A DNA stretch of 64,000 nucleotides from the human T2T-CHM13v2.0 reference genome, Homo sapiens. Location of the stretch: assembly GCF_009914755.1 (NCBI RefSeq), contig NC_060926.1. One strand, 5' to 3'. The stretch's first letter is position 1. Each line of letters opens with the position of its first letter. Below, piece by piece: positions 25,479-41,836 of the stretch. Under the pieces are notes generated by a model that saw only the letters and a list, made by a program, of their open reading frames with translations, was not told the origin of the DNA and did not search any database. The position numbers were made by a program, and so were the translations under genes.

Positions 25479-25951
25479 CTGGTTTTGCTAAGCAGAAAAG
25501 AAAAACTTACGATGAGTAAGAATATATGTATACATACATATATGTATATATTTCCAATTAGAATATGTTTTTTGACCACTTTTTATCAGCTGTGCAAATT
25601 AAATGGTAACAGGAAAAGGCCTGTAAAATGTTCAGCCAAGACTAAAAATCAGCTAGGGAGTGAGTAAACCTGAATGTATGTGTGTACATTAAATCATCTC
25701 TCTCTTACTAGAATGGGAATTTTTCCATTGCAGGAATATGTTATTTATTTAAAAACTTTTAAAGAGGACCTGCTATTTACAAAGGACTGTAAATACAACT
25801 AGTGTTGTATGAGTGAATAAAACAGTGAATGCCTTGCCTGTTTGGGGTCCGCAAATCGGTGTCTTACACACCCGGTAACTCCAGCCCCCAGTCCCAGCAT
25901 GAGAGGCATTCAGGAAATTCATGCTGATTGGAACTCTGTCTGTTTATTTAC

Positions 25952-25986
<35 letters not shown>

Positions 25987-26881
25987 TTCTCAGCCACCAA
26001 TCCTGGTTGGGTAACCTGTGCTCAGAGAAGGCTCATGAAGCAGCTTATGGCTGATGGGCACTTAGCACAGCCCTGACAAGGATGAGGAAGGAGCAGCTGG
26101 CTCCATGATTAATGTGTCACAGAGTCTGGTTTTTCATTTGCTGCCAGTGATGGGCCAAACGCTGGAAGGTTTTCTTCCTCCATTTCACGTACCAGAGGCT
26201 CTCTTAAGGAGCCACCACGAACATTGCAGAGCGGCCTGTGTCTGTAGCCTGCTGAGTGCTCTCCTCTTTGGGCTGGGCTTCTGTGTTGGCCTGGACGATC
26301 TCCGAGGGCCATGCTAGCCTGGGTGCTCCATGCTTTTTTTGTTAAAGAAATCTTCCTCCTACAAGGGCTGTGGTCGCTGAGCTGCAGCTTTTGCAGAGGC
26401 CTGGGAGGGTCTGGCTGGAGCCAGGGTTGGTGACTACAGGAGGCACAGAGGGGTATCTCCTCTCAGCTTGGGACTTCCTGGCAACACAGCATCATATCTC
26501 TTGTTACAGGTGCTAAAGTACAACTGCGGGGAGAATTTCCAGGATCTAGAACATCCTTCACCAACTGGGGCCCCAGGAGTGATTTCTTAGAGGGCAATGT
26601 GAGTGCCTATCTGGAGACAACTGGGGGTGAGCTGGAGCCATTCTGGCTGAATGTGTAAAATTGATCAAAAATAACTTTGGAAACTTTCCCAACTGATGTC
26701 AGTTGATGACACCATTTCCAGGGGTGGGAGGGAGCTCTATCTTGTAGGTCTAGTATCTCAGAGATAACGGCTTTGGGGTCATCAAAGACTGTGCTTAATT
26801 CTTGGTCTTAACACCATTAGCTGTGTGACCTTGGAAAGTCATTTCATTCTTCTGAACTGAGGTTATTTATCTGTAAAGTAG

Positions 26882-27191
<310 letters not shown>

Positions 27192-28735
27192 TAGCAGGTT
27201 TCTACGTCACAAGTTTCTCATGTAAAAAGCATCTGGCAAATTTGGGGCACACACCGAAGAGGGCATGTAGGAAACTCCCTGCTCTCCTCCCACCTCCAAC
27301 TCCTACCTGGAAGAATAAAGATTCCCTAAAAATTGTGTGTGCATGTGAGAGGGAGAGGAGAAAGAGAAACTATTGAGTATAAAATAAGTGACCGTTCCTC
27401 AGTATTCCAGCAATGATTTCACTGTTTTGTGCAACATTTACTTTATATTTTAAAAATGGCTGAGTGGCAAAATTGAGTTGTCTTGGGCAATTAAGTGAAC
27501 AAAGAGGGATGTAGACTCACATACTTACCGTGCTCATGAAAAGCCTCCTGGAAGTAAATGCAACAGCATGGTAACAGGATTATTTCTGCATGTGGGATTA
27601 TGAGTCATTTTAATTTTCAGACACTGCGATTTTGTGCAGATGCAATAGCAGAAGATGCCCACACAGGGGAGCCTGTTGCCCTCTAATGGCTTTTGGGAGG
27701 CGCTCAGGAATCCACTGGTGCCCAGCTTCGGCGCTCAGGGGATCCTGTTTTAGTCCCAGTCCCTGAAAAGGCCCCCTACTGAAATAAAACCTGCCCTAAG
27801 CCCTCCTTGATAACATTAGCTGGTCCTATTTGCAGAAGGCAAATGATATTCTCAGGCCTGAAGGAGGTCACATTTTCCTCCACTTAGCAGTGTGGCTCAG
27901 TGGCAGGGCCAAGGCCCATCTCACCTGCTTTATTGGGTTAGCTATTGGGTTGAGTGGGGCTTTTCCTTTGCCCAGTAGGGATCACTAGGGACATGCATAA
28001 GCGAAAGGGCAGAATGGCTCAGCAGAGGAAAGGTGCCCACCACAAGCCCAGGAGTAGGAGGCTCCAGGAGATGAACACAGGACATTGCAGGAAGGTGAGT
28101 GTGTGGTTCCCTGCGTGGACACCTGCCCAGCATGGGTCTTGCAGACCTGCCCCAGCCAACCCCAGCAAGCAAGAGGACTGGGAGGGAAGGCAGGGGGGAG
28201 GAAGGCAGTGACGCTGCTCTGCTCCTACCCTTTGGTGTGGCCAGAATAGTGACTTTCCCCGGGCCCTGCTGGATCCCTCAGGAGTGCAGGTTTGCCCTTA
28301 AGAAAGCCTCTGTAAGGGGAGACCACTGAGAGCAAGAGAAAGTGGGAGACAGAGAATCTCCAAGCTCAGTGGAAGGCAGGGAGAAGGCGCTGTCAGGTCT
28401 CTGAGGTGAGTCCCAGCATGAGCTTGTTCCCCTCATGTCACCAACAAAAGCAAGCCCAGCATACACCTGCCATGCAATGACATTGAGGGCCATTTGTGGA
28501 AACTAGAGAAGGCGCGAGTGCTAACAGAAGACCACAGCAGTAGCTGATACAGTTAAAACAAAGAAGCAGCCCCCAAATAACACATACCCACCCCCACATA
28601 CCATAAAAGGCTTGTTCCTCTCTGTCCCTTCTTCCTGCCTCAATATCCTGGAGGTCTTCACCCTAAAGAAGGAAAGGGCAGGGGGCTGGGGAAGAACAAG
28701 TCCCCTCCACAGCAATGTGCAGCAAGGGGAGGCCT

Positions 28736-29440
28736 AGACCACATCTGTCCCCCACTCCAGGTCCCCTCAGCTACAGACCACACCTGTCCCCCACTCCACG
28801 TCCCCTCAGCCACAGACCACACCTGTCCCCCACTCCAGGTCCCCTCAGCCACAGACCACACCTGTCCCCCACTCCAGGTCCCCTCAGCCACAGACCACAC
28901 CTGTCCCCCACTCCACGTCCCCTCAGCCACAGACCACACCTGTCCCCCACTCCACGTCCCCTCAGCCACAGACCATACCTGTCCTCCACTCCAGGTCCCA
29001 TCAGTCACAGACCACACCTGTCCCCCACTCCAGGTCCCCTCAGCCACAGACCACACCTGTCCCCCACTCCAGGTCCCATCAGTCACAGACCACACCTGTC
29101 CCCCACTGCAGGTCCCCTCAGCCACAGACCACACCTGTCCCCCACTCCAGGTCCCATCAGTCACAGACCACACCTGTCCCCCAATCCAGGTCCCCTCAGC
29201 CACAGACCACACCTGTCCCCCAATCCAGGTCCCATCAGTCGCAGACCACACCTGTCCCCCACTCCAGGTTTCCTCAGGCACAGACCACACCCATGCCCTA
29301 CTCTAGGTTTCCTCAGACACAGACCATACCTGTGTTTCACTCCAAGTCTTCTCGGCCACAGACCACACCTGTCCTCCTCTCCAGGTCCCCTTGGCCACAC
29401 ACCACCCCTGTCCCCCATGCTAGGTTTCTTTAGCCACAGA
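28736..29440. repeat. 39-bp minisatellite (VNTR), ~18 copies
   Basis: Unit AGACCACACCTGTCCCCCACTCCAGGTCCCCTCAGCCAC; degenerates toward the 3' end. Confidence 0.95.
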
Positions 29441-29859
29441 CCAGCAAGTGACGGGGCAAGTGACAGTTGTGGACCGCTGGGAGATCACTGTCAACATAAA
29501 ATTTTATTTTAAACCAAACTGGACTTTTAACAACCAAAACGACCTGAAAGGTTGTTTAATCTGCTCAGTGTATCACTAAGGAACAAAAAAAGCCATTTCA
29601 CAGTCAGTGAAGTCAGTGATTGGAAAAACAATCCTGTTCCTAGTTTATTCTTAGATTAAGACTGATTAACAAGCCCCTCTGGATCTCAATTTTCTCCTCT
29701 TTAGTAAGCAAGCAGTGCTGGTCAGCGCTCCTCCAACAGGGGCAGACTGCTGAGGGGAGGGGAGGCGGAGGGTTGCAAGGACCTGGCTCAGAGCAGTCAG
29801 AGGTGAGGGCTACTAGGCTGAGCCAGGCCCCTATCCCCGTTTCTGTTTTTTTTTCTTTT

Positions 29860-31375
29860 TTTAAGGTAATTTCAACTTTTATTATGTTTTTGGTTTTTTT
29901 TCCCGCTTTATTTTAGTTTCAAGGGTGCATATGTAGGTTTGTTACATGGGTAAATTGCGCATTGCTGAGGATTGGAGTACAAATGATCCCATCATTGAGG
30001 TAGTGAGAAGACCACCCGATAGGTAGTTTTTCAAGCCTTGCTCCCTTCCCACCATTCCTCCTCTAGTAGCCTCCAGTGTCCACTGTTGCCATCTTTATGT
30101 CCATGTGTGCTCAGTGTTTAGCTCCCACTTATAAGTGAGATCATGCAGTGTTTGATTTTCTCTGTGTTAATTCACTTAAGGATAATGACCTCTAGCTACA
30201 TCTGTGTTGCTGCAAAGGACATGATTTTGTTCTTTTTTTATGGATATGTAGTATTCCATGGTATATATGTACCACATTTTCCTTATCCAATCCACCACTG
30301 ATGGGCACTTAGGTTGATTCCACGTCTCTGCTATTGTGAATAGTGCTGCCATGAATATATGCATGCATGTGTCTTTTTGGAAATTGATTCATTTTCCTTT
30401 GGGTATATATCCAGTAATGAGATTTCTGGGTTGAATGGCAGTTCTGTTTTAAGTTCCTTAAAAAATCTCCAAACTGCTTTCCACAGTGGCTGGACTATCT
30501 CACATTCCCACCAACGGTGTATAAGCATTCCCCTTTTCTCTGCAACCTTGTCAACATCTTGTTTTTTGACTTTTTGATGATAATCATTCTGACTGGTGTG
30601 AGATGGTATCTCATTGCAGTTTTGATTTGTATTTCTCTAATTATTAGTGATATTGGGCGCTTTTTCATATATTTCTTGGCCGCATGTATGTGTTCTTTTT
30701 AGAAGTGTCTGTTCATGTCTTTTGACCACTTTTCAAAATGGGGTTGTTGTTTGCTTGCTGAATTAAGTTCCTGATAGATTTTGGGTATTAGACCTTTGTC
30801 AGATGCATAGTTTGTATTTTCTCCCATTCTTAGGTTGTCTGTTTACTTTGTTGATAGATTCTTTTGCTGTGCAGAAGCTCCTTAGTCTAACTAGGTCCCA
30901 TTTGTCAATTTTTGTTTTTGTTGCAATTGCTTTTGAGGACCTAGTCATAAATTATTTCCTAAGGTTGATATCTAGATTGGTGTTTCCTAAGTTTTCTTCT
31001 GGGATTCTTAAAGTTTGGGGTTTTACTAAACAATTATTTTAGATTCAGAGATACGTGTGCAGGTCTGTTATATGGGTATATTGTGTGATGCTGAGGTTTG
31101 GGATGCAAATGATTTCATCACCCAGGTAGTGAGCATAGTACCCAATAGTTAGTTTGTCAACTATTGTCTCCCTCTTTTCTTCTCCCCTCTAGTTGTCGCC
31201 AGTGTCTATTGTTCTCATTTATATGTCCCCAAGTACCAATGTTTAGCTTCCATTTATAAGTGAAAACTTATGATATTTGTTTTTCGTTCTTGGAGTAACT
31301 CGCTTAGGATAATGGCTGCCAGTTGCATCCTTGTGGCTCTAAAGGACATGATTTCATTCTTCTTTATGGCATGAG
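29860..31375 (-). mobile_element. L1 3' fragments (L1PA/PB-like), two pieces
   Basis: L1 3'UTR and ORF2 C-terminal text (FMAALFTIAETWNQPKCPS). Confidence 0.9.
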
Positions 31376-31554
31376 GCCCTGCTATCTTAGTGTCCTGCTC
31401 TTCCTTACTCCTCCAGCATTGAGGAGCACTTGAAGCCATAATGTTTCAGTGTTGTTGATCTGGGCTTTGAGGGATCAGAAGAGGTAGTTCCTCAGTTAAC
31501 CAGAGAAGAAACAGGATGCAGGTCATGGAAGAATAAGGTTTCCGTGGTCTTAGA

Positions 31555-31780
31555 GTGAGAGTTGGCCAAACTTCCATAAAAAACAGAAAGTAAAAATTTC
31601 AGCCTTTGTGGGCCACGCAGTCTTTGTTGCAAATACCGTACTCTGCCAGTGTGGCTGATAAGGCAGACATAGATAATATGCACATGGAAGGGTGTGGCCA
31701 TGTTTCAAGTAAAGCTTTATTTAATGACAGTAACATTGGAATTCAATATAATTTTTATATGTTATGAAGTAATACATAAT
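31555..31780. mobile_element. MER58-like hAT element
   Basis: gttggccaaactt...tttcagcctttgtgggccac...gggtgtggccatgtttcaagtaaagctttattt. Confidence 0.65.
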
Positions 31781-31827
31781 TTTTATTTCAATAGTTTTTG
31801 GGGAACAGGTAGCTTTTGGTTTCATGG

Positions 31828-32221
31828 TGATATGGTTTGGCTGTATCCCCACCCAAATCTCATCTTGAATTATATTACTTTTGCACCAACTTAATAGTTC
31901 CCATAATCCCTACGTGTGGTGGGAGGGACACAGTGGGAGGTAATTCAATCATGGGGCTGGTTACCCTCATGCTGTTCTCATGATAGTGAGTAAGTTCTCA
32001 CGAGATCTCATGGTTTTATAAGGGGCTTTTCTCTCTTTTGCTCAACACTTCTTGCTGCTGCCATGTGAAGAAGGACATGTTTGCCTCCCTTTCTGCCATG
32101 ATTGTAAGTTTCCTGGGGCCTCTCCAGCCCTGCAAAATTGTGAGTCAATTAAACCTCTTTCCTTTATAAATTATCCAGTCTTGGGTATGTCCTTATAACA
32201 CCATGAGAATGGACTAACATA
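31828..32221 (+). mobile_element. THE1-like LTR nested in a minus-strand L1PB-like 3' fragment (~31780-32660)
   Basis: tgatatggtttggctgt... start; 5-bp TSD CATGG. Confidence 0.88.
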
Positions 32222-33303
32222 CATGGATAAGTTCTTTAGCGGTAATTTCAGAGATTTTGGTGCACCTGTCAACCAAACAGTGAACACTGTACCCAGTGTG
32301 TAGTCTTTTATCCCTCACCTCCCTCCTGCCCTTCCCCTCAAGCCCCAAAGTCCATTATATCCTTCTTACGCCTTTGCATCTCCATAGTTTAGCTCCCACT
32401 TATAAGTGAGAACATACAATATTTGGTTTTCCATTCCTGAGTTGCTTCACTTAGAATAATGGTCTCTAACTCTATCTAGGTTGCTGTGAGTGACATTATT
32501 TCATTCCTTTTTATGGCTGAGTAGTATTCCATGGTGTATATATACCACATTTTCTTTATGCATTCGTTGGTTGATTGACATTTAGGCTGGTTCCATATTT
32601 CTGCAGTTGTGAATTGTGCTGCTATAAATGTGTGTGCAAGTGTTTTTTCATATAATGACGGTTATAAAGCAATATTCTTTAGATTTTTTCAACCTTTCTT
32701 AGCTTGTGGCTGTGGCTTATAAACTCCTGTTCTTGATTGTTTCCTAGATTATGTTCTAGATTATGTTGATCAATAAATATAGCCTTGGGTGCTCCCTGCA
32801 AACAGTTTATCTTAAAGACCATGCATGTGGGAAAGCAGACTGCAGAGGATGTTCTAGCTCACTGCAGACTCAAATGCCAAAATCCATGGGCTTTCCTGCT
32901 GCACATCCCCCACCTAGGCAGGCCAGCTCAGCTTTGTTCCTCCTCTTCTCTCTTGGTTATGAAATTCGCAGAGGAAAGTGACTGTCAGTCTCAGTGATGA
33001 CTAACGTGGTGTCCTGCAGAGTATGTGTGTGTAGAATTCACGGAGGAGGTTTTGCATGTTGGAGGAGAGAGCTCATCTCCTCCAAATGTCTCTTTCCCCA
33101 GGAGAAGGAGGGAGCTCCAAGAGGAAAGCAATTAACCCAAGACCATGCAGCAGCTGAGTGGCCAGGCAAGGGGTAGGGTGTAATTATGTGTGTATTCAGA
33201 ATGTGCGTGTTTAAGAGCCATTTGTGGTTCAACACCTTAGGTGCTGCAGGGAGACAGATGGAAGGGCTTTCTGAGGACACATCACTCGGTGTAAACACAG
33301 ACT

Positions 33304-33935
<632 letters not shown>

Positions 33936-34169
33936 TAGGTTTTGGTTTGTTTATTTATTAAAATCATTTGAGTCTAGTTTAAAATGCCAACCTCATATGT
34001 CATTCAAAACCGTCCTTGCTTATCCTAAGCCATTTCCATGCTCCAAGGGCTTGGAGAGACCACTGGAGCATGGTCTGCTTTTCTTCCTTCTTTTTTCTCC
34101 TCCCCTGCCTCCTCCCTTAGTCAGCTGTCACTCCAGTAATGGGTGGGAGCACAGGTGGGGGCAGAGAGG

Positions 34170-34378
34170 CAGTGGTGTTCTGGTAAATGGTTGACAACAG
34201 GTTCTCTGGAAAAATGCCCTAATTTGTAGTGTTTACAGGTTTCTGTGGGGTAAATGTCCCATCACAGCTGATTTCAAGCTCCCAGCGTGGTGTTACTGAA
34301 CATGGAATTGGGAACAGATATGCATAACACACTCTTACAGGTTGGTATGAGTTGGTGTGTGCTGGTGTGAACTCACTG
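34170..34378. mobile_element. MER63-like hAT element
   Basis: cagtggtgttctggtaaat...cactg termini. Confidence 0.6.
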
Positions 34379-34499
34379 CTGGATGAGGGACAAAAGGTCA
34401 GTCTCTAGCTAAGTCAGCACAGGTAATCCTCTCTCTGCTGATTGTCACTGCTACTCTGGCTGATGGGGATGCATTTTTTTTCTTTCATGTCTTTTTCTT

Positions 34500-34885
34500 T
34501 AAAAACAGTTTCAACTTTTATTTTAGATTCAGGGGAGTATGTGCAGATTTGTTACTTTGGTATATTGTGTGATGCTTAGGTTTGGGGTACAATTGATCCT
34601 ATCACCCAGGTACTGAGCATAGTACTCAATACTTAGTTTGCAACCCTTCCACCCACTACCTCCTCTAGTAGCCCCTATAGTTTATTGCCTTCTTTATGTC
34701 CATGAATACACAATGTTTAGCTACCACTTATAAGTGAGAATATGTGGAATTTTATTTTCTGTTCTTTTGTTAATTCACTTAGGATAATGGCCTCTAGCTG
34801 CATCCATATTGCTGCAAAGGACATGATTTTGTTCTTTCTTATGGGTGTATAGTAATTCTATGGTATATATGTACCACATTTTCTT
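34500..34885 (-). mobile_element. L1 3' end fragment
   Basis: L1 3'UTR text. Confidence 0.85.
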
Positions 34886-34951
34886 TAAATAATGGGCTCT
34901 TGATGTTCTCTGTGGGCTAGCTCCTTAGTGGGCTTCCAGGGCCTCCCTTTT

Positions 34952-35343
34952 TGTGAAGGATAAAGCAACTCCATCTTGGATGCTAACCTGCCATGTTGAC
35001 TTCCGATTAATCCCAGTTCTGGGGATGCCTCTAAGATTTCTATTTTATCTACTGTTACTGTAAATCCTGCCTTTAGACAGATTCCATAGCATTCTTGCCT
35101 TTCCCTGAGGGGTCCACTACAATTGTCCTACACATTCCTTCCTTATGGTACGGAAGCCCTGGGTCTAAAAGATAATGGTGCAGGGATCCACCATCCCATC
35201 TTGCCATCCCATCTCGTGGCACCTGGTACATGGCTTCTGTTCATAAATCCTTAATAAAGATTTCTTTCTGAGAAACTGGATTTGTCAGCCTCTTTCTTTG
35301 GCCTTTGGTGGAGTGTTTGCACGACCTGCTCACCGTAGAACAC
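34952..35343 (+). mobile_element. ERV1-class LTR
   Basis: agcaactccatcttggatgctaa... start; AATAAA near the end. Confidence 0.65.
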
Positions 35344-35669
35344 CCCTGCTTAGTCTCTGCATTTGGGAGACCCAACTCTTCCACTTCCCCTCAGTTCCTG
35401 CCACCAGTGCCCAGGCAGGGCCTCTTGTTGGTAGGGTCCTTGTGCCAGATGGGCAGTCCTCCCATGTGAGGTGCCTGCAAGGTGGCCCAACCTGAGCTAT
35501 GTCCCGTGGCGTCTACTTGACCTATGGGGAGTCACACACCCCTGACAACAAATCACAGGATCACAGGCAGCTCAGCCCCGCTATGGTCTGAATGTTTGTG
35601 TGTCCCTCCAAAATTCATCTGTTGAAATCCTAACCCCCTGTATGATACCAGACACTTGGCGGGGTGGTT

Positions 35670-35973
<304 letters not shown>

Positions 35974-37681
35974 GTTAGTTATTATTACAAAGGCTTCTTT
36001 CAGTTATCCTAACTTAACATGTGCCTGACCTGACCCAAAGAGAAGGTATCCAAAAAAAGGGAACTCAGGAAGAAGGAAGTCAATCATCTTGCTCGTTAAA
36101 AATATGTGTTTCCTTACTTCACCAAGAGCACACCAAGGATAGAAACTGTACTGAATCTAGCTTGTATTCCCGTTTCCTCCCTCTCTTCCCCTCTATCCTG
36201 CCGCTTGGATTTATTGAAAGCATTTTTTTTTCTACTGAATTGGACTGCCCCACCTTTCCAGAGCTAAGAGTATACATTACAGAAGCTTCTTAGTAATTGT
36301 TGAAATGCAGGCAGTATCCTGCCATCCCTGAATCAAAGCATTCCATAGAACTGAGCTAAGGAAGGTCTCATTGTAGCATCTTAGCTCTGAGCAGAATGGT
36401 GCCCAGGAGTCTGAGAAGTAAGGGGCTCACCTGGAGAGGGTTCTGTGTCTGAGCACTGGCACCTTGTTGAGAATGAACTTTTCAATCAGAAGCCTGAAAC
36501 TTTTTGCTTTCCTGCATGAATTTATCAGGTCGTTACCTGCATGGAATCGCCTGTAGGGGAAAGTGACCTAGGCAGAGAATTTTATAAATGTGTGTCTTCC
36601 AACATGGGCTTTTTTGAGAAAGTTGGATTTCTTCAGGGGAGAGCAGAGATCATTAGCAATGTGACAGAATTGGTGGGAGGACATGAGTAGCCAATAGAAT
36701 CAGTGGTCATGTAGGGAGCCTAGACAGGTTCCAGGACAGCAGTATTGGATGCTACAGGTTACCTGAGGCTGTGGATTTGTGTACATATGTGGGGGTGGGG
36801 TGCGGCAGGGGGCATGCAGGAGAAGCACAAGTAAGAGACAGGTTGCCAGGTTTAGAAATATATATATATATCTGCTTGTGTGTATACATATGGTACACAG
36901 TCAGAATTTTTTTGTATAAATGTGTCCAATGCAACATTTGTAAGATCTTTTGAAAAAATAGTTCTGTCAAAGCAATGATTTAGGGAGCATATTAAGTAAA
37001 TGACATGTGTGAGTTTTAAAATTCATAAGTATTCCCACTTGTATTGAGATAAAAAAATCAGAAAAAATTAAAATATGTGTGAATTATGGGACACTAATTA
37101 AATGAATTAACAGTGGTCCCAGATTTGGAATACCTTAATCTGTTTAGTAGTTGGCCAGTGGTTTTCAGATTTGATTTTAGGTGTGAGTGTTACTACATAA
37201 ATCCATGGCTGAGGAAGAAAATAAAGAAACAGGCTTAATTTTTTCAGGATGATGATGATGATGATGACTTTTATCATTTTGGTCCTCTCCAACATGCCAG
37301 CCTTTTTCCAGCTGCTGGTTGAGAGAATGCTTGGGAATATGAATGGTTTGGTGGTGCCTGTACATTTTATTTTCTATAGAAGGAATTGGAGGGCTATTAG
37401 ACATGATTCTCTGAGTGCTAGTCTGCCCCAAGAAGATAGGAATATCACTTCCCTGACAAGTGAGAATTCTCTGGCATCTCTGAGAAATAAGTGGCAGACA
37501 CTTTTCCCACCAGGAGTAAGTCCTGATCTAGAAAGGTTTCCTCCCTTGAGTGAATGAGGATCACCAATCAAGAGAGGTGGATAAATTGGGAGAGGTGTTT
37601 AGAGGATAATTTGGACAGTTAGAAAACTAGGATTACAAGTTTCTCACCAGGTAACAGACTGTCAGGTGCATGCAGGGCTGA

Positions 37682-37826
37682 GATGGATGGATGAATGGGT
37701 GGACGGATGCATGGATGGATGAATGAATGGATGAAGAAATGAATGGATAGGTGGATGGAAGGATAGACGGATGGATGGATGGATGGGTGAAGGGAAGGAT
37801 GGATAGATGGATGGATGGATGGATGG
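37682..37826. repeat. (GGAT)n degenerate microsatellite
   Basis: Directly visible. Confidence 0.9.
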
Positions 37827-40800
37827 GAATATTAGTCTCTGAACTTGCTCTAGAGAGAGATAAACTGAGGCCTGTGAAAAGCAGTCTGAACTCTGATGAA
37901 ATGGCTAGACGAGGGTTCCACATCAGTGTTTGCTGACCTTAATGAGCCTTTCATATGATGTACTAACACCTGTTTCAAAGGCTTGGCGGTGGTGTTCTCT
38001 CAGGAGAAAAGAGGAAAAACATTTGTAGTAATTGTGGAATTTGTAGGATCCATCTAAAGGCAAGGTCCAATATCCTATTTATAATGTGGAACTATAAGCA
38101 ATAAAGGTGTAGGTGATGTGCCCCGGGTTCCAGCTCTAGTAAACATTAGTTTTAACATTACCATTAATCAGTGTAAAGGTACAGAGATGTGGGTCTTCTG
38201 TCCTAGTTCCACCCTCAGACCATTGGCATGAGCAAAAAAATGAGAGACCATGGGTCTGCAATGAGAGGCCATGGGTCATCCGGAATGACCAAGGATCTGG
38301 TCTCCTAAAGAAGCTGGTGTGGCTGATGGCCTGGGGAGATCATTGAGGCAGGAGGCTGACTCACAGAACTCACAAATAATGTCATTCAAATCTTCCCAAG
38401 ATAGGGAAGAAAGAATGCTTGGCAAAGAGCTCATAAGATTCAGAAGTGCAGACAGCAGTGGAGGGAAAGAAACGGGCCTTTCTGGTGGCAAATTTGATTA
38501 CATTTCCGGTTGCAAGTAACTGAAAAATGACTGACAAATTTAAGCAAAGGGTAATTTCTTGGGAATTCACAGAGTTCATGAGAGTTGAGAAGATCATAAT
38601 TGGGAATTGTCAAGAATCAAATGCAGTCTGGATGGTTAAGAAGCAAAAAGCAGAAACATTGCCAATTGATCAAACCTGCTGCTACAGGCACTGCCACCAC
38701 CACTCTGACAAACCATGCCCACCACGTGCCCCAGGTTTGCATCATCTGTTTTTATACAAAGCCATGGGAGGGAATGGCTAATTGGCCAAATGTGGATCTC
38801 AGGTTCTAGGAGGTTAAATTGCTCCCTTTTCCTGAGAAAAAGTAATGACTTGCCATTCTTCAAGACCCATCCATCTTTTGCTCTGATCAATCTTTTAAAT
38901 TCAATGAATATGGACAGTAATTACTAGCCTTACATAAAGCCTGGACACAATACTGAGGGGAAAGGAGTTGACAAGAAACCTTGCCCATTCCAGTTTGGAT
39001 TCTGGATGTAATAATTTTTTTCTACTCTCACGGTCAGGTTTGGGGTTTGTATTTATACTAGTTCTTATGGTCCACAGAACTACCAAGCCAAGATATTAGC
39101 TTAAACTTGATCTCTAGATGGTAACACATATGAGAAAATGAAAACCTTCTAGTACAACATATTCTGAAACCATGCTTTATGGACATCTTGGCTGTGTGGG
39201 TTGAAGTGTCCTTCAGGATGAGTGTGGGGCTCCCTGTGGCTATTGGAAGGAACCAGATGGAAAAGCAAGAGTGTTGGTTCAAGGGCTGGGGACCTTTATC
39301 TGAGCTCTGGTTATGGCCCCACAAATGTTTGGAATAGAGCTGAATCTATGGGTTGCTTTACAAATCAGCTTTTGCTAATTACAGATCTGGTCAATTGGCC
39401 TAACTAACCACTTGGTGAAAATTTCTCACTGACTGTCAGCTTCTCAAGGCAGGGACTGTGTGTGGTTAATATGTAGTGAGACAATGTTTTAAAATATTAA
39501 CCAGAGTGCTTCCCCTTCCACGATTTTTGTACATAATCTTCTATTTAGTCAGAGGCATACTGTTGCTTCAGGGAGGATTACCGTTGAATCCGCAAAAAGA
39601 AAGAAATGTTAGAGTTTCACTTTGGACTTGCAAAATAGGCTCTTGAAGCCCAAAACAATGACTTTGAGAGAAAAGGATTAATTATTGAAGTTCAAGAGTC
39701 AAATCCTGGCACAAACGACAGACGGAAAAGAGAATAGTTGAAGAACCAGTTTTCTACACAGAGCTCGCCATGAGATGGTGGGAAATCCTTTGGGATTTAG
39801 CCTTGAGAGAGTTGGTAGAGGCCCTATGAAGGGGAGAAAGCTGGAAATCCCAGGCACATTTGGAAAAATCCCATGGCAAAGGATACCAATGCCACTTTCA
39901 CAAGCAATATCTGCTTCCAGCATGGCGATGGAACCAGAGTAGTGACAGCTGAGTGAGCTATCTGGAATTGAGAGGCCAAGTGCCTTACAGGTGCCTTGAG
40001 TGAAAGGAAAGGGGCTGAGTTTCTGAACCCTGCAAAGGTACTTTGGAAATGCTGTAAGTGATGGACCAGAAGCACTGGGGTCAGGGCCATGAGGGAACAG
40101 AATGCATTCAACAAGCAACTGAGGGACCAGTGAGCAGGAGGACATCAGTGATGAGTCATGGTTATAGGATGAGCATCAAGCAGTGGGGAGCCCATCCCAC
40201 CAGAGGCCAGTGTGGGCAGAGGCCCACTGTGGATACTTTACTCCACTTACTTTGTTGCTGGGTGGTACACAGCCCTCCCTGATCACAGATACTTGAAGGG
40301 ATAAGGGAAGGAAGGGGGCAGAGAAAGAGGCTGAATTAACAGAATTTAACTCTAGGAATTACCAGATTTACCTGGAATTGCTAAAATTGTTTTCTGCTGC
40401 CATAAATTCAGCAATAGAGAAATAAAGACAATTAAGAATTTGTACCTCTAAATCTGTGCCCTTGAAATTCACATTTAATAAAATATCAGTTCTTTGTACC
40501 CAGCCTGGTACAATGTGAATGTTAAGAAAACATTTGTTGACTGGTGGAAAGAGTGAATGGAAACATAGCTCTTCTGACTGCCAGGAAGACCATATTTGGA
40601 AGCCATGTTTCTAGCCCTTTACCCTAAGGGATTCTGCTTGTCATCATATGACAGTATTTGCTGACTCTGCCCTCGGATAGTTTACATATAACAAGAATTT
40701 AGTTCAACCAGATTACTTACAGCCCAGTACTTCATTGTGAGGATGGAAGGGTATGCCTTGAAGTTTATTCAGGATTTATATTGATGCTCTTCATTATCCA

Positions 40801-41182
40801 ACTAGGAATTTATTTTGTTTATGAGAAATTTCTCTTTATATACAGAAAAGGAGTATAGGTACTAAGGGCCAGGAAGAACAGTGAAAGATAATTCACATTT
40901 ATTATTCTCTATTGTGCGTGGTGGGGCACTGAAACCTCAAGACAAACTTGTAAGTAAATGTTAGTATTATCCTCGTTTTAGAATGATTAAATTGTATCTT
41001 TGGTTAGTGCACTTGGCACTCAATAGAACTTAAAATGTTGGTTGAATAAATTAACGAATAAAAGTTGAGCTACATGCTCAAGGCTATGCAGGCCGTAAGT
41101 GGTCCTGCAACAACTCGGAAGCCTGTATCTTTCCACGAGGCTGTGAAGCTCACGCTACAGTTGTAAATTAGCTTCTTGGTGA

Positions 41183-41836
<654 letters not shown>

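Noticed and set aside
28736-29440. CRISPR-like repeat array
   Set aside because: Head-to-tail repeats without unique spacers, in a eukaryotic context; it is a minisatellite.
28658-29512. 210-aa and 265-aa repetitive ORFs
   Set aside because: By-product of a stop-free 39-bp VNTR unit; no promoter, splice or homology support.
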